The position numbers and the translations under genes were made by a program. This document shows positions 40,332 to 50,201 of a DNA stretch of 64,000 nt, in pieces. The stretch lies in IMG/VR virus record IMGVR_UViG_3300035703_000043, positions 30,591-94,590 of that record; one strand, given 5' to 3'. Below the pieces are notes generated by a model, which was not told the origin of the DNA, ran no database searches, and saw nothing but the letters and a program-made list of their open reading frames with translations. Within the stretch, counting starts at the first letter, position 1; each line of letters starts with the position of its first letter. The stretch is from a virus. Lineage: Duplodnaviria; Caudoviricetes.

Positions 40332-42229
40332 TGCCAGTATTTTCCTTAAAAGAAGCAAAAGAACTTCAAGTTAAAAATATATCGGAGAGCACTTTTAAAT
40401 ACTGGCCTGAAAGTGCGACTTATGGGTATTATGGAGGTGGAGCAAATGCTCTCGGTTATTTTAATACCATCGCAAGACTAGATTTTTTTTCTGAAAGTAT
40501 AAGCAACTCATCTGGCGGTTTTCCAATAGCAACTGCAACTGCTGCAGCAGTTGCAAATAATTTTTATGGTTATTTTGGTGGTGGTGCTGCTCCAGGTCCA
40601 TCTTATGGACCTGGGCAAATAATGCAAATTTCTTCTGTTCAAAGATTTGAATTATCCAATGAGACCTTTAGCAATCCAGGAAGAAATTTGCCAGTACAAC
40701 TACAAAATGCTGGAGCAGTATCAAACCCAAATAATTCTTATGGTTATTTTGGTGGTGGATATAGAAGTTTTTATTTGGGTTCTTCTTCTGTCCTTAGTAC
40801 AATTTCAAGACTTGATTTTACAAATGAAACTATAAGTCTTCCTGGAAAAAATTTTTCCACAACCAGAACTGGTACTGCTGGAGTTTATAATCAAACTTAT
40901 GGGTATTTCGGTGGATCTGGATGTGTAATTAGTCGTCTTGATTTTACCAGTGAAACTTTAAGTGAACCATCGTCAAGATATTTACCAACAAATAGATCTC
41001 TTTCTGGAGCAGTCTCAAATATTTCCTATGGTTATTTTGGTGGAGGATTTATTCCAACACCTCCATATTATTCAAGTACAATATCAAGACTTGAATTTTC
41101 AACTGAAACTGTAAGTGATCCAGGAAAAAATTTCTATCTTGGTATATTTCCTGGTCCTGATTTTTCAAGATATGCGAATGCAGGAGTTTCGGCAAGTAGT
41201 GCTGGTTACTTCGGTGGTGGATTTGTTAGCCCACCCAGTGCTTCAGGAAGGATGAGTACTATAACTCGTATTGATTTTACTACTGAAATACTTAGTAATA
41301 TTTCAAGTACTTTTCTAACTGAGCGTTCTTCAATGGCATCAATTTCTGCAGGTCAATCAATCTATCGTGGTTCTAAGACTTATGGATACTTTGGTGGGGG
41401 TTATGCTCCAACTGCAGTTTGTGTTATAAATCGTTTAGATTTTGCTTCAGAAACAATATCCACCCCAATTCCTCAACTATCTACAACAAGAGCATTTTTT
41501 GCAGGAGTCTCTAATAATTATTATGGATATTTTGCGAGTCGTTTTCCTGCAAATCAATCTAGAATAGATCGTTTAGATTTTTCTAACGATAGCATTTCAG
41601 TTCCAGTATATCCATTTTCACCATTAAGATCCAATTTAGCAGCAACCTCAAGTAGTTCCTATGGTTATTTTGGTGGTGGATACTCTCCGGGAGGTCAGAG
41701 ACATTCTACAATTACTCGTATAGATTTTTTTAATGAAACTACACAATTACTTCCTACAGTATTATCTGCACAAAGATATAATTTGTTTGCAGTTTCAAGT
41801 AGTTCTTTTTGTTATTTTTCTGATGGATTTAGTCCTGTTGGAGTTTATTGTTCTATAGATCGTTTAGATTTTTCCACAGAAACTAATACACTACTTACAC
41901 CACAATTACCGTATGCAAAGGAGAGTAGTGCTACAGTTTCAACATCTGGATATGGATATTTTGCTGGTGGTGCTCCCGCAACAAATCAAACACGTAGATT
42001 AGAGTTTTCAAATGAAACTACATCAACTATTCTTGCAACTCTTCCTACAACAACATTTAATGCCGCAGGATCTTCTAGTTCTTTTTATGGTTATATTGCT
42101 GGTGGAAGTACTCCAACTGCAGTTTGTAATATAAATCGTTTAGATTTTTCAGCAGAAACAATATCCATTCCAACTTCTAAATTAACACAACCAAAAATTG
42201 GTTTAGCAGCAGTCTCAAACTCAAACTAA
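40331..42229 (+). CDS. Kelch-like repeat beta-propeller protein 2 (12 repeats)
   Basis: YGYFGGG/RLDFxxET repeats; shares WPESATYGY N-terminus and LAAVSNSN C-terminus with paralogs. Confidence 0.8.
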   Translation: MPVFSLKEAKELQVKNISESTFKYWPESATYGYYGGGANALGYFNTIARLDFFSESISNSSGGFPIATATAAAVANNFYGYFGGGAAPGPSYGPGQIMQISSVQRFELSNETFSNPGRNLPVQLQNAGAVSNPNNSYGYFGGGYRSFYLGSSSVLSTISRLDFTNETISLPGKNFSTTRTGTAGVYNQTYGYFGGSGCVISRLDFTSETLSEPSSRYLPTNRSLSGAVSNISYGYFGGGFIPTPPYYSSTISRLEFSTETVSDPGKNFYLGIFPGPDFSRYANAGVSASSAGYFGGGFVSPPSASGRMSTITRIDFTTEILSNISSTFLTERSSMASISAGQSIYRGSKTYGYFGGGYAPTAVCVINRLDFASETISTPIPQLSTTRAFFAGVSNNYYGYFASRFPANQSRIDRLDFSNDSISVPVYPFSPLRSNLAATSSSSYGYFGGGYSPGGQRHSTITRIDFFNETTQLLPTVLSAQRYNLFAVSSSSFCYFSDGFSPVGVYCSIDRLDFSTETNTLLTPQLPYAKESSATVSTSGYGYFAGGAPATNQTRRLEFSNETTSTILATLPTTTFNAAGSSSSFYGYIAGGSTPTAVCNINRLDFSAETISIPTSKLTQPKIGLAAVSNSN

Positions 42230-42232
42230 ATA
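42225..42232 (+). promoter_or_regulatory. Late promoter ACTAAATA
   Basis: Overlaps the previous stop; upstream of ATG 42254. Confidence 0.55.
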
Positions 42233-42253
42233 AAATACCTACATCATTTTGAT

Positions 42254-43957
42254 ATGAAATCTGGAGCAACTGAAAGTTCTTTTTATTATCTCAATCAATA
42301 TTATTCATTTCCAAATAATGTTGAAGTTTCAAGAAGTATAGAAGTCTTAGCACAATCAAATAAACAATATAAAATACTCTGGGCACACGATAATTGCGAC
42401 CAACCACAACTTTTAAGACTTCCAGAACTTGTATCGCAGATTGACTTGATTGTCTGTGTATCAAACTGGGAAGCAGAGCAATATATCAAATACAACCGAG
42501 CACCAGCAGAAAAGATTGTAGTCATTCCAAATGGTGTTGCGGATATTTTTCATCTCAAATCACCAAAATCCAAGACGGCAATTTACTTTTCTGGTCCTCA
42601 TAAGGGCATTGCACCACTTCCAAAAATCTGGAAACAAGTCATTAAAAATCATCCAGATGCAAAGTTAAAAGTCTTTTCTTCTCATAATCTTTATGGAGAA
42701 CAATACGAACAACACTTTAAAATTCCAGAACACTTAGAAGCAATTGAAGAACTAAAATCTCTTCCTGGAGTAGAGTATTCCCCTTGTATTGACCGAGAAC
42801 AACTTTTACCTCACATACAAGATGCTGCATTCTTCGTTCATCCTAATGTTTGGGAAGAGACCTTCTGCGTGTCTATGGCAGAAGCAATGGTTTGTGGTTG
42901 CTACCCCATCACGAGTGATATAGGGGCACTGAGAGAGGTCTCATTCAATCGTGGTAAGTATATTCCAATGACTGGAAAAAATACACAAGTTGGTTGGGAA
43001 CCATCTCCAAAGTTTATCAATGAGTTTGCACAAGAACTTTCAAGGTGTTTTGATTTCTTTGATAAAGAACCTCAAACATTTTATGCTGCGACAAAAGAAC
43101 TTTCTCAAATTACAAAAGAAACTTATGATTGGAAAAGGATTGCAGTTGTTTGGGAAAATTTGATACTGGGTCTTTCAAAAGAAGAACAACAAAGACCAAG
43201 ATATTATTGTATGACGACAATGCAGTCTTCTGAAAAATATACTCATTATGCTTTAGATACATTTTTTAGAAACAGTATTTTCGGAAAGCAAGATAAGTTT
43301 TTTTTAATTGATAATGATAAAACCTTTTCAAAGCATTATGATAATGTTACAGTGATTTCAAATGCCTCATCAAAATCATTTGCCGAGAATATGAACTTTA
43401 TTCTCAAGCAAGCAATTATGGATGGTGCTGATTTTGTTGGACTGAATAATGATATTATCTTTACAAAAAACTGGAATCAAAATTTAGGAGACTTAAATTC
43501 AGTTTCTATTCCTTTATGTAATCAACATTTACAAGGTGATTGGATAAGGAGTGAAATGGAACTTGAAGAATTTATTGGGAAAGAAGAATTATTAAATCAA
43601 ATTGCTTCTCAAATTATATCTCAATCGCAGAATGTAGCACCAAATCTAATCAAAGCATTCTATTGTTTTTATGTTCCTTATGAAGTCAGTTCAAAGGTTG
43701 GTTTATTGGATGAAGAGTTTGGAAAAGGTGGTGGTGAAGATATTGATTATGGATTAAGAGCAGAACAACTTGGATTTGAAACAAAGTTTAATTCAAATTC
43801 TTATCTTCTTCATTTTTCTCATAGAACTTTAGAGCACGAAACAAAAGAAGAAAAGGACAAAAGAACAGAGCAGTTATACTTACACTTCTGTAAAAAGTGG
43901 GGTAAGGAAGTTGCTGATAGAAGATTGTCTCTTGCAGTAACGCAGAGATTTTCTTGA
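42254..43957 (+). CDS. Bifunctional glycosyltransferase (GT4-like GT-B plus GT2-like GT-A)
   Basis: WEETFCVSMAEAM (EX7E motif); second domain has LNNDI and GLLDEEFGKGGGEDIDY. Confidence 0.85.
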   Translation: MKSGATESSFYYLNQYYSFPNNVEVSRSIEVLAQSNKQYKILWAHDNCDQPQLLRLPELVSQIDLIVCVSNWEAEQYIKYNRAPAEKIVVIPNGVADIFHLKSPKSKTAIYFSGPHKGIAPLPKIWKQVIKNHPDAKLKVFSSHNLYGEQYEQHFKIPEHLEAIEELKSLPGVEYSPCIDREQLLPHIQDAAFFVHPNVWEETFCVSMAEAMVCGCYPITSDIGALREVSFNRGKYIPMTGKNTQVGWEPSPKFINEFAQELSRCFDFFDKEPQTFYAATKELSQITKETYDWKRIAVVWENLILGLSKEEQQRPRYYCMTTMQSSEKYTHYALDTFFRNSIFGKQDKFFLIDNDKTFSKHYDNVTVISNASSKSFAENMNFILKQAIMDGADFVGLNNDIIFTKNWNQNLGDLNSVSIPLCNQHLQGDWIRSEMELEEFIGKEELLNQIASQIISQSQNVAPNLIKAFYCFYVPYEVSSKVGLLDEEFGKGGGEDIDYGLRAEQLGFETKFNSNSYLLHFSHRTLEHETKEEKDKRTEQLYLHFCKKWGKEVADRRLSLAVTQRFS

Positions 43958-43963
43958 TAAATA
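43956..43963 (+). promoter_or_regulatory. Late promoter GATAAATA
   Basis: Upstream of ATG 43995. Confidence 0.6.
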
Positions 43964-43994
43964 CAAACAACACTATTAGTTAAATTGGATAAGT

Positions 43995-44834
43995 ATGTCT
44001 AACAATTATGAATCAATTGCACTTGCAACATCTAAAGAAGTTTTAGGTGATGATAATGAGTTTATGCTCAAAGTTCTTCAAGAGGCAACTCGTTGGGAAC
44101 AAAGTGAAACAGAACTCGCACAAGGTCGTTCAGATTTCCAGATTGAAAAGTTTATCATTCACGATAATTTTACAATCCCATCAGCATTTAAGGCAGCACT
44201 TGTTAATCGTAGAAGTGTAGCAGAAGGTCTTCTACAACAAGTCATTGATGCAAAAAGAGCAGCAAGAGAATTTCACTATAAGTGGGACGGAAAAGATAAG
44301 ACACAACCAATTTGGTGGAAAACAAGACAAGGTGGTGAAGAATTATCTTGGTATGATATTGATGAGTTTCATTTTCATCGTATGCTTGAAGGTTTGAATC
44401 GTGGATTCAAAGCATGTGTAGAAGAACTTGAGTGTTTTGATAAACTCATTAATCGTTTGATTGAACTGAATGGTGGTAAGTTAATTACCAGAGAACAATA
44501 TAATGAGGACCAACCAAACTATTGGGAACGTAGACTTGCGAATCAATCACTTGATGATTTGCTTGCCGCAAGAACTGGTGTCAATGCTGGTAATATTCGT
44601 TCAATGAGAAGAGCAAGTGCTCCTACGGTTCTTACAGATGATGTTAATCGTACCAAAGGAACGTTTGGTGATCCTAATAATCCTATGGATTTCCTGAATA
44701 GTCTTCAGCAAGCAGTTGCTGCTGGTATTGAAGAGATTACTGGTATGGATCAACAACTTCTTCGTGGTATTGAAGAACAAGAGCAAAAGCAAATTCCTCA
44801 ATCGTTATTCAATCCAGACCTTAAGATAGAGTAA
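43995..44834 (+). CDS. Hypothetical alpha-helical protein in the Kelch island
   Basis: 279-aa ORF with its own late promoter; no motif recognised. Confidence 0.7.
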   Translation: MSNNYESIALATSKEVLGDDNEFMLKVLQEATRWEQSETELAQGRSDFQIEKFIIHDNFTIPSAFKAALVNRRSVAEGLLQQVIDAKRAAREFHYKWDGKDKTQPIWWKTRQGGEELSWYDIDEFHFHRMLEGLNRGFKACVEELECFDKLINRLIELNGGKLITREQYNEDQPNYWERRLANQSLDDLLAARTGVNAGNIRSMRRASAPTVLTDDVNRTKGTFGDPNNPMDFLNSLQQAVAAGIEEITGMDQQLLRGIEEQEQKQIPQSLFNPDLKIE

Positions 44835-44841
44835 TTTTCAA

Positions 44842-46728
44842 ATGCCTCAAGTTTTTATAGGGGATGTTTTTGGATTAAGTTCTGTTTATGATAAACAAGT
44901 TTTAAATGTAGAAAATAAAAACTTTGCGAGTTGGCCTGAAAGTGCGACTTATGGTTATTTTGGTGGTGGTTTTGTTTCAGGTGCTGTTCCTGGAATTTTT
45001 AGTGCAATATCAAGACTTGATTTTTCAAATGAAACAGTAAGTAATCCAGGAAAAAACTTACCAACCGCAAGATATGGTCTAGCAGCAACCTCAAGTAGTT
45101 CTTATGGTTACTTTGGTGGTGGGGTTCAACCACCTTTTATCGTCACAATATCAAGACTTGATTTCTCTAATGAAACCGTAAGTGATCCAGGAAAAAACTT
45201 ACCATCAGTAAGATCGTATTTAGTAGCAACTTCAAGTAGTTCTTATGGATACTTTGGTGGTGGTTTTTCCCCACCTTACATTAACACAATCTCAAGACTT
45301 GATTTTTCTAGTGAAACCGTAAGTAATCCAGGAAATAATTTACCAACAGCAAGAAGGGATTTGGCAGCAACTTTAAGTAATTCTTATGGATATTTTGGTG
45401 GTGGTTATTCATTTCCAGTCGCAACTTATTATTGCACAATATCAAGACTTGATTTTTCAAATGAAACAGTAAGTAATCCAGGAAAAAACTTACCAACCGC
45501 AAGATATGGTCTAGCAGCAACCTCAAGTAGTTCTTATGGATACTTTGGTGGTGGTTTTACACCTCCTTATATCAATACAATATCAAGACTTGATTTTTCT
45601 AATGAAACCGTAAGTAATCCAGGAAATAATTTACCAACAGCAAGAAGGGATTTGGCAGCAACCTCAAGTAGTTTTTATGGGTATTATGGTGGTGGTTATT
45701 TTACTCCACTGCCAACTCATTATTGCACAATATCAAGACTTGATTTCTCAAATGAGACCATAAGTAATCCAGAAAAAAATTTACCCACAGCAATAGGTAG
45801 ATTAGCAGCACTCTCAGGAGGTCAATCAATAAATCGTGGTTCAAAGACTTATGGATATTTTGGTGGGGGTTCCACCCCAACTGAAGTTTCTACCATTGAA
45901 AGAATAGATTTTTCAACAGAAACTACATCAATACCAGGAAAAAATTTACCTCAAGCAAGATTTAGTCTATCGGCAGTTTCAAGTAATTTTTATGGTTACT
46001 TTGGTGGTGGCAGTACTTCAGCAAAATCTTATTTTAGCACCATTGATCGTATAGATTTCTCCAATGAAACCATATTGTCACCAGGAAAAAATTTAAGTGA
46101 AGAAAAACGTTATTTAGCATCACTGTCCAGTTATAGTTATGGATATTTTGGTGGTGGTCAACTGGCAACAGGATCTGCCATTAGTACCATAAACCGTCTG
46201 GAGTTTTCTAATGAAACTACATCAACACCAGGAAAAAATTTATCTACGGCAAGATTTCAGTTAGCAGCAACTTCAAGTAATTTTTATGGCTATTTTAGTG
46301 GTGGTGCCTATAACGATGGGACTATTGAACGTATGGATTTCTCCAACGAAATTGTATCAATAGGATACCAACCTTTACCGGTGGGGAGACATTCTTTAGC
46401 AACAACTTCAAATAATTCTTATAGTTATTTTGGTGGTGGTTATGGTTTTTCTTCTTCTTCAGACATTATCGAACGTCTTGATTTTTCAAACGATACTATA
46501 AGTAGTCCTGGAAAAAATTTATTATTTTCATTTCACGGTCTTTCGGCAACTTCAAGTAGTTTTTATGGGTATTTTGGTGGTGGATATTTTATTGATTTTC
46601 CTATGGGTGCTCCTTATATCTTTTCAACAGTACAAAGACTTGATTTTTCAAGTGAACTTGTGAGTCTTGCACCAAAAAATTTATCAACGGCAAGATACAA
46701 TTTAGCAGCAGTCTCAAACTCAAATTGA
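44842..46728 (+). CDS. Kelch-like repeat beta-propeller protein 3 (12 repeats)
   Basis: Same framework as 37563..39500, near-identical at DNA level in the first six repeats. Confidence 0.8.
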   Translation: MPQVFIGDVFGLSSVYDKQVLNVENKNFASWPESATYGYFGGGFVSGAVPGIFSAISRLDFSNETVSNPGKNLPTARYGLAATSSSSYGYFGGGVQPPFIVTISRLDFSNETVSDPGKNLPSVRSYLVATSSSSYGYFGGGFSPPYINTISRLDFSSETVSNPGNNLPTARRDLAATLSNSYGYFGGGYSFPVATYYCTISRLDFSNETVSNPGKNLPTARYGLAATSSSSYGYFGGGFTPPYINTISRLDFSNETVSNPGNNLPTARRDLAATSSSFYGYYGGGYFTPLPTHYCTISRLDFSNETISNPEKNLPTAIGRLAALSGGQSINRGSKTYGYFGGGSTPTEVSTIERIDFSTETTSIPGKNLPQARFSLSAVSSNFYGYFGGGSTSAKSYFSTIDRIDFSNETILSPGKNLSEEKRYLASLSSYSYGYFGGGQLATGSAISTINRLEFSNETTSTPGKNLSTARFQLAATSSNFYGYFSGGAYNDGTIERMDFSNEIVSIGYQPLPVGRHSLATTSNNSYSYFGGGYGFSSSSDIIERLDFSNDTISSPGKNLLFSFHGLSATSSSFYGYFGGGYFIDFPMGAPYIFSTVQRLDFSSELVSLAPKNLSTARYNLAAVSNSN

Positions 46729-47163
46729 ATTATTGTAGAGAATATTTTTCCCCATCATTTCTTGACGAAACTCTAAAGGTCCATAATTATTCCAACCCTT
46801 TGAAACTTGAATTCTCAAAGGAGTATTTGTCGTAAGATGATGAATAAAAAACCAATTAAGAACTTCAGAATCAATCTTTCGATTAGTTTCAAGAACTTCT
46901 AGATAATCTCCACCAGACCATTTTCGTTTTGTAATAATAACTCCTGAAATGTTTGGTTTCATCCATTCTGGAATATCAAGATTACTTAACCATTCGCACT
47001 TATAAATTTTACATACATTTGGACGATTTTCATAAATGGAACAACCAGATTCGCATTTAAAGTGGCATGGTCTTCCTGGTTGAGCATAATGTTCATGAAC
47101 TTGAACAGACAACCACCCTTCGCAGCAACCAGTACATTCACCACATTCTCTTTTGTATTTCAT
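46720..47163 (-). CDS. YkgJ-like cysteine-cluster (CxxCxxCC) metalloprotein
   Basis: CGECTGCC ... C...C...CSIYENRPNVCKIYKC. Confidence 0.75.
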   Translation of the reverse strand: MKYKRECGECTGCCEGWLSVQVHEHYAQPGRPCHFKCESGCSIYENRPNVCKIYKCEWLSNLDIPEWMKPNISGVIITKRKWSGGDYLEVLETNRKIDSEVLNWFFIHHLTTNTPLRIQVSKGWNNYGPLEFRQEMMGKNILYNNSI

Positions 47164-47221
47164 TATTATATAATAAAGTTTAAAAATTTTTTGATTTTTA
47201 ATATATATCTTTTTATTTGAA

Positions 47222-47229
47222 ACTAAATA
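47222..47229 (+). promoter_or_regulatory. Late promoter ACTAAATA
   Basis: Upstream of ATG 47252. Confidence 0.6.
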
Positions 47230-47251
47230 AAAACATCTACAGTATTCTACT

Positions 47252-47911
47252 ATGAATGATATTCTTGCGAATGTTTTGATTCAACCCAAAGTCGTTACAC
47301 CAGAAGGGTTGAAGTTTTTAACGGATCATATGAGAAAATCTCATAAAGAACAAATGGCCGTTTTTGATGCTGAAAATAGTGATAAGACCAGAGAAAGACA
47401 ATCAAAAATTGACTTATCGGCAAGAAATGTAAAGTGTGCTGATTTACTTCCAGTTTTTCCACAAGTTAAAGAGTTGCTTGATAATGTGGTAAAAAATGTA
47501 ATCAATCCTTTTTATGGATTTGAAGTCAGAGATAGTGAAGAACCACAACTGCTCTGTTATGAACCAGGAGGACACTATAAACCTCACAATGATGCCGAAG
47601 GTTTATGGACAAATCCAGACGGAACACAAATTTGGAAGAAGACAATAGACCGTGATGTATCTACTGTTCTTTTTTTAAATGATGACTTTGAAGGTGGATA
47701 TTTTTCTTTTCCAGATTTGAGAATTAAAATTAAACCAGAACCAGGTCTTCTTGTTTGCTTTCCATCCTCAAGGTGGTATACACATATGGTAGAACCAGTA
47801 ACTTCTGGAAATCGTTATACTCTTGTAACGTGGATGAGAGTCAAAGGATTTAAAACAAAAGATGAGATGGATAAAGAAATTGCCGATAAATACAATATAG
47901 AGGTTTATTAA
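47252..47911 (+). CDS. 2OG-Fe(II) oxygenase (prolyl 4-hydroxylase-like)
   Basis: YEPGGHYKPHND (HxD), FLNDDFEGG, HMVEPVTSGNRY (distal His and Arg). Confidence 0.88.
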   Translation: MNDILANVLIQPKVVTPEGLKFLTDHMRKSHKEQMAVFDAENSDKTRERQSKIDLSARNVKCADLLPVFPQVKELLDNVVKNVINPFYGFEVRDSEEPQLLCYEPGGHYKPHNDAEGLWTNPDGTQIWKKTIDRDVSTVLFLNDDFEGGYFSFPDLRIKIKPEPGLLVCFPSSRWYTHMVEPVTSGNRYTLVTWMRVKGFKTKDEMDKEIADKYNIEVY

Positions 47912-47913
47912 AG

Positions 47914-48621
47914 ATGTCTCAACTTCTGAAGCACTATTGGATTAATCGTGATACTGGTGGATGGGCAACCGACACACCTTATGGATTAATGATGCCCAAT
48001 ATTAGGGGGTTGGAGGTTAAGTATAATTTATTTACTGAAGACAATATTCAGTATTGTTTATCCACTGCTCCTGAGTATTTTGAATATGAGGTTACAGTTT
48101 CTCAAGAGCAACTAACTGAATATCAAAACAATACAAATATTACAGTAGTTAGTTCTATAGAAAAACAAGTTGAAGTTCCTAATCGTCCTGGTTTAGAATC
48201 AACCGAAGAAACAAGAACAGAAACTGTTTATGATGTTGTCTACCAAGAATCATACATTATTCAGGAAACTGAAGGTGAGGGTCTTAAGGTTATCACTCAA
48301 CAGGAATGGGATATTGAAATTGAAGAATTTGATAATCGTCAGCAAGAAAAAAGATATGACATTTTAAGAGAAATTCGTGATAAAATACTTGAAATTACTG
48401 ATTGGATGGCAATTAAATCCTTAGAGCAAGAAACCCTTTCAGCAGAATTTAAAACTTGGAGACAAACTTTAAGAGATTTGCCAAACTCAAGCACATTCCC
48501 AACAGGGTTTCCAACTCTTCCAACTGAACTTCAAAATCATACAGAAACTCAAGAACTTTATAATAGATTTGATGAGGTTAGATCTATTTTTATGATTCAA
48601 GATCCATTAAGTAACTCATAG
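47914..48621 (+). CDS. Protein with C-terminal phage tail-assembly-chaperone-like domain
   Basis: LREIRDKILEITDW...WRQTLRDLP motif. Confidence 0.65.
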   Translation: MSQLLKHYWINRDTGGWATDTPYGLMMPNIRGLEVKYNLFTEDNIQYCLSTAPEYFEYEVTVSQEQLTEYQNNTNITVVSSIEKQVEVPNRPGLESTEETRTETVYDVVYQESYIIQETEGEGLKVITQQEWDIEIEEFDNRQQEKRYDILREIRDKILEITDWMAIKSLEQETLSAEFKTWRQTLRDLPNSSTFPTGFPTLPTELQNHTETQELYNRFDEVRSIFMIQDPLSNS

Positions 48622-49178
48622 CATTTTTTGTTTTTATCATAAGCATATTCGGCACAAGGACCATTTTTTCGCACAAAGTGTAGAAAGAGTTGCATAAAAC
48701 GATCATTCTTGTGAGTTCTCATAGGACTTCTCCAATGAGGAACGGTCATTCCAAGATAGGCAAGACCACAACCAACAGGAGTTATAACTGATTGGTTGTT
48801 GCCTTCTAAATCTTTAAGTTTAATTGGCCAAGCAGCATCACCACAGATATTCATTGTGACTGATATTTCACAAGAAGGACGATCTGTATGGCAATTCATC
48901 CATCCTTTATTGTGATATGTTGTAGAAAACCAGTATGATGGTATAAGTTCTTCACCAACTAAGTGTTCTAATGTTGGTTGAATTCTTTTCATCACAAAGG
49001 CACAGGCAGGTGGAGCATAACAAGTTAATACATTTCCTCGTTCTGGGTCAAAGTGAGTTTTTAACCCACCTAAATCATTTATAGCACCAAGTAAATTTTT
49101 ATATTTGACTTGCAATGCTTCTTCTTTTGTAATTATATCTGGTATATAATACCAACCCTTTCTTAAAAAATCACTCAT
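48597..49178 (-). CDS. 2OG-Fe(II) oxygenase-like protein
   Basis: HTDRPSCEISVT (HxD), PHWR, QLFLHFV. Confidence 0.75.
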   Translation of the reverse strand: MSDFLRKGWYYIPDIITKEEALQVKYKNLLGAINDLGGLKTHFDPERGNVLTCYAPPACAFVMKRIQPTLEHLVGEELIPSYWFSTTYHNKGWMNCHTDRPSCEISVTMNICGDAAWPIKLKDLEGNNQSVITPVGCGLAYLGMTVPHWRSPMRTHKNDRFMQLFLHFVRKNGPCAEYAYDKNKKCYELLNGS

Positions 49179-49188
49179 TTTATCTATG

Positions 49189-49215
49189 TTAAATAGTCAT
49201 ATATTTCATATTTAT
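49189..49215. promoter_or_regulatory. Two oppositely oriented late-promoter-like motifs: TTAAATA (+, 49189-49195) and ATAAATA (-, 49209-49215)
   Basis: Both lie in the 48-nt gap between the divergent genes 48597..49178 and 49227..50201; AT-rich context lowers confidence. Confidence 0.4.
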
Positions 49216-49226
49216 TTTGATAGTTT

Positions 49227-50201
49227 ATGAATAATTTTGTTAAACTTGCATTGGAAAGTGGTGGAGTTATAAAACCATTACTTATTGACTCCCAAGATCT
49301 CACTGGACCTTCTCTAAACAATCCATCCGTTTTGATCTTAGGTGATAAAATATTACTTAATATTAGAAACGTAAACTATACTTTATATCATTCAGAATTA
49401 GATCGGTTTGAACATATTTGGGGACCACTAACATATGTTCACCCAGAAGATGATATGCATCTTAGAACCTGGAATTATATTGCAGAGTTAGATGAAGATT
49501 TAAATATAACACACTATTCAAAAATAGACACTTCAAAATTTCCAGATCAAGAACTTTGGGAATTTGTAGGTCTTGAAGATGGTCGTTTGGTAAATTGGGA
49601 AGATAAAATTTATTTGTGTGGTGTTAGAAGAGATACAACACCCAATGGTGTTGGAAGAATGGAATTATGTGAACTTGAATTTGATGAATACACAGTAAAA
49701 GAAATTTCAAGATATAGAATTCCCGGACCACCACCAGATGATGAATATTGTATGAAAAATTGCACTCCAATAGAAGGAAAACCATTTCATTTAATTAAGT
49801 GGACTAATCCAACTTGTATCCTGAAATTTGATTCAAATGGTGGTGAATCTTCAGTTTATGAAACAACTTCTTATATTCCTGGATTTAATGACATGAGAGG
49901 TGGTTCTCAAGTTATTAAATATAAAGATGGTTATTTAACCATTATACACGAAACCGATTTATATAATTCAGTTCAAGGAAGAAAAAATGGGACATATAGA
50001 CATAGATTTGTTTATTGGAACCACGATTTCACTGAGCAAAAATTTTCTAAATTATTTTCATTTTTAAATATGAAGATTGAGTTTTGTTGCGGGTTGGCAA
50101 AATATAAAGATAGTTATTTAATTACTTTTGGTGCATCAGATAATGCTGCATATATCTTAAAAATTTCTGAGTCTTTTTTGGAGGATTTTTTAAATGACTG
50201 A
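49227..50201 (+). CDS. Five-bladed beta-propeller glycoside hydrolase-like protein (GH43/GH130-like fold)
   Basis: NPS, GLEDGRL, KNCTP, RGGSQ, IEFCCGL and ITFGASD motifs. Confidence 0.6.
   Translation: MNNFVKLALESGGVIKPLLIDSQDLTGPSLNNPSVLILGDKILLNIRNVNYTLYHSELDRFEHIWGPLTYVHPEDDMHLRTWNYIAELDEDLNITHYSKIDTSKFPDQELWEFVGLEDGRLVNWEDKIYLCGVRRDTTPNGVGRMELCELEFDEYTVKEISRYRIPGPPPDDEYCMKNCTPIEGKPFHLIKWTNPTCILKFDSNGGESSVYETTSYIPGFNDMRGGSQVIKYKDGYLTIIHETDLYNSVQGRKNGTYRHRFVYWNHDFTEQKFSKLFSFLNMKIEFCCGLAKYKDSYLITFGASDNAAYILKISESFLEDFLND

Noticed and set aside
37563-46728. Diversity-generating retroelement as the source of Kelch loop variation
   Set aside because: No reverse transcriptase or non-coding template repeat in the window; variation includes length changes and is not visibly adenine-specific
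47252-47911. Prolyl hydroxylase acting on the collagen tracts
   Set aside because: The tracts contain almost no proline; the substrate is unknown
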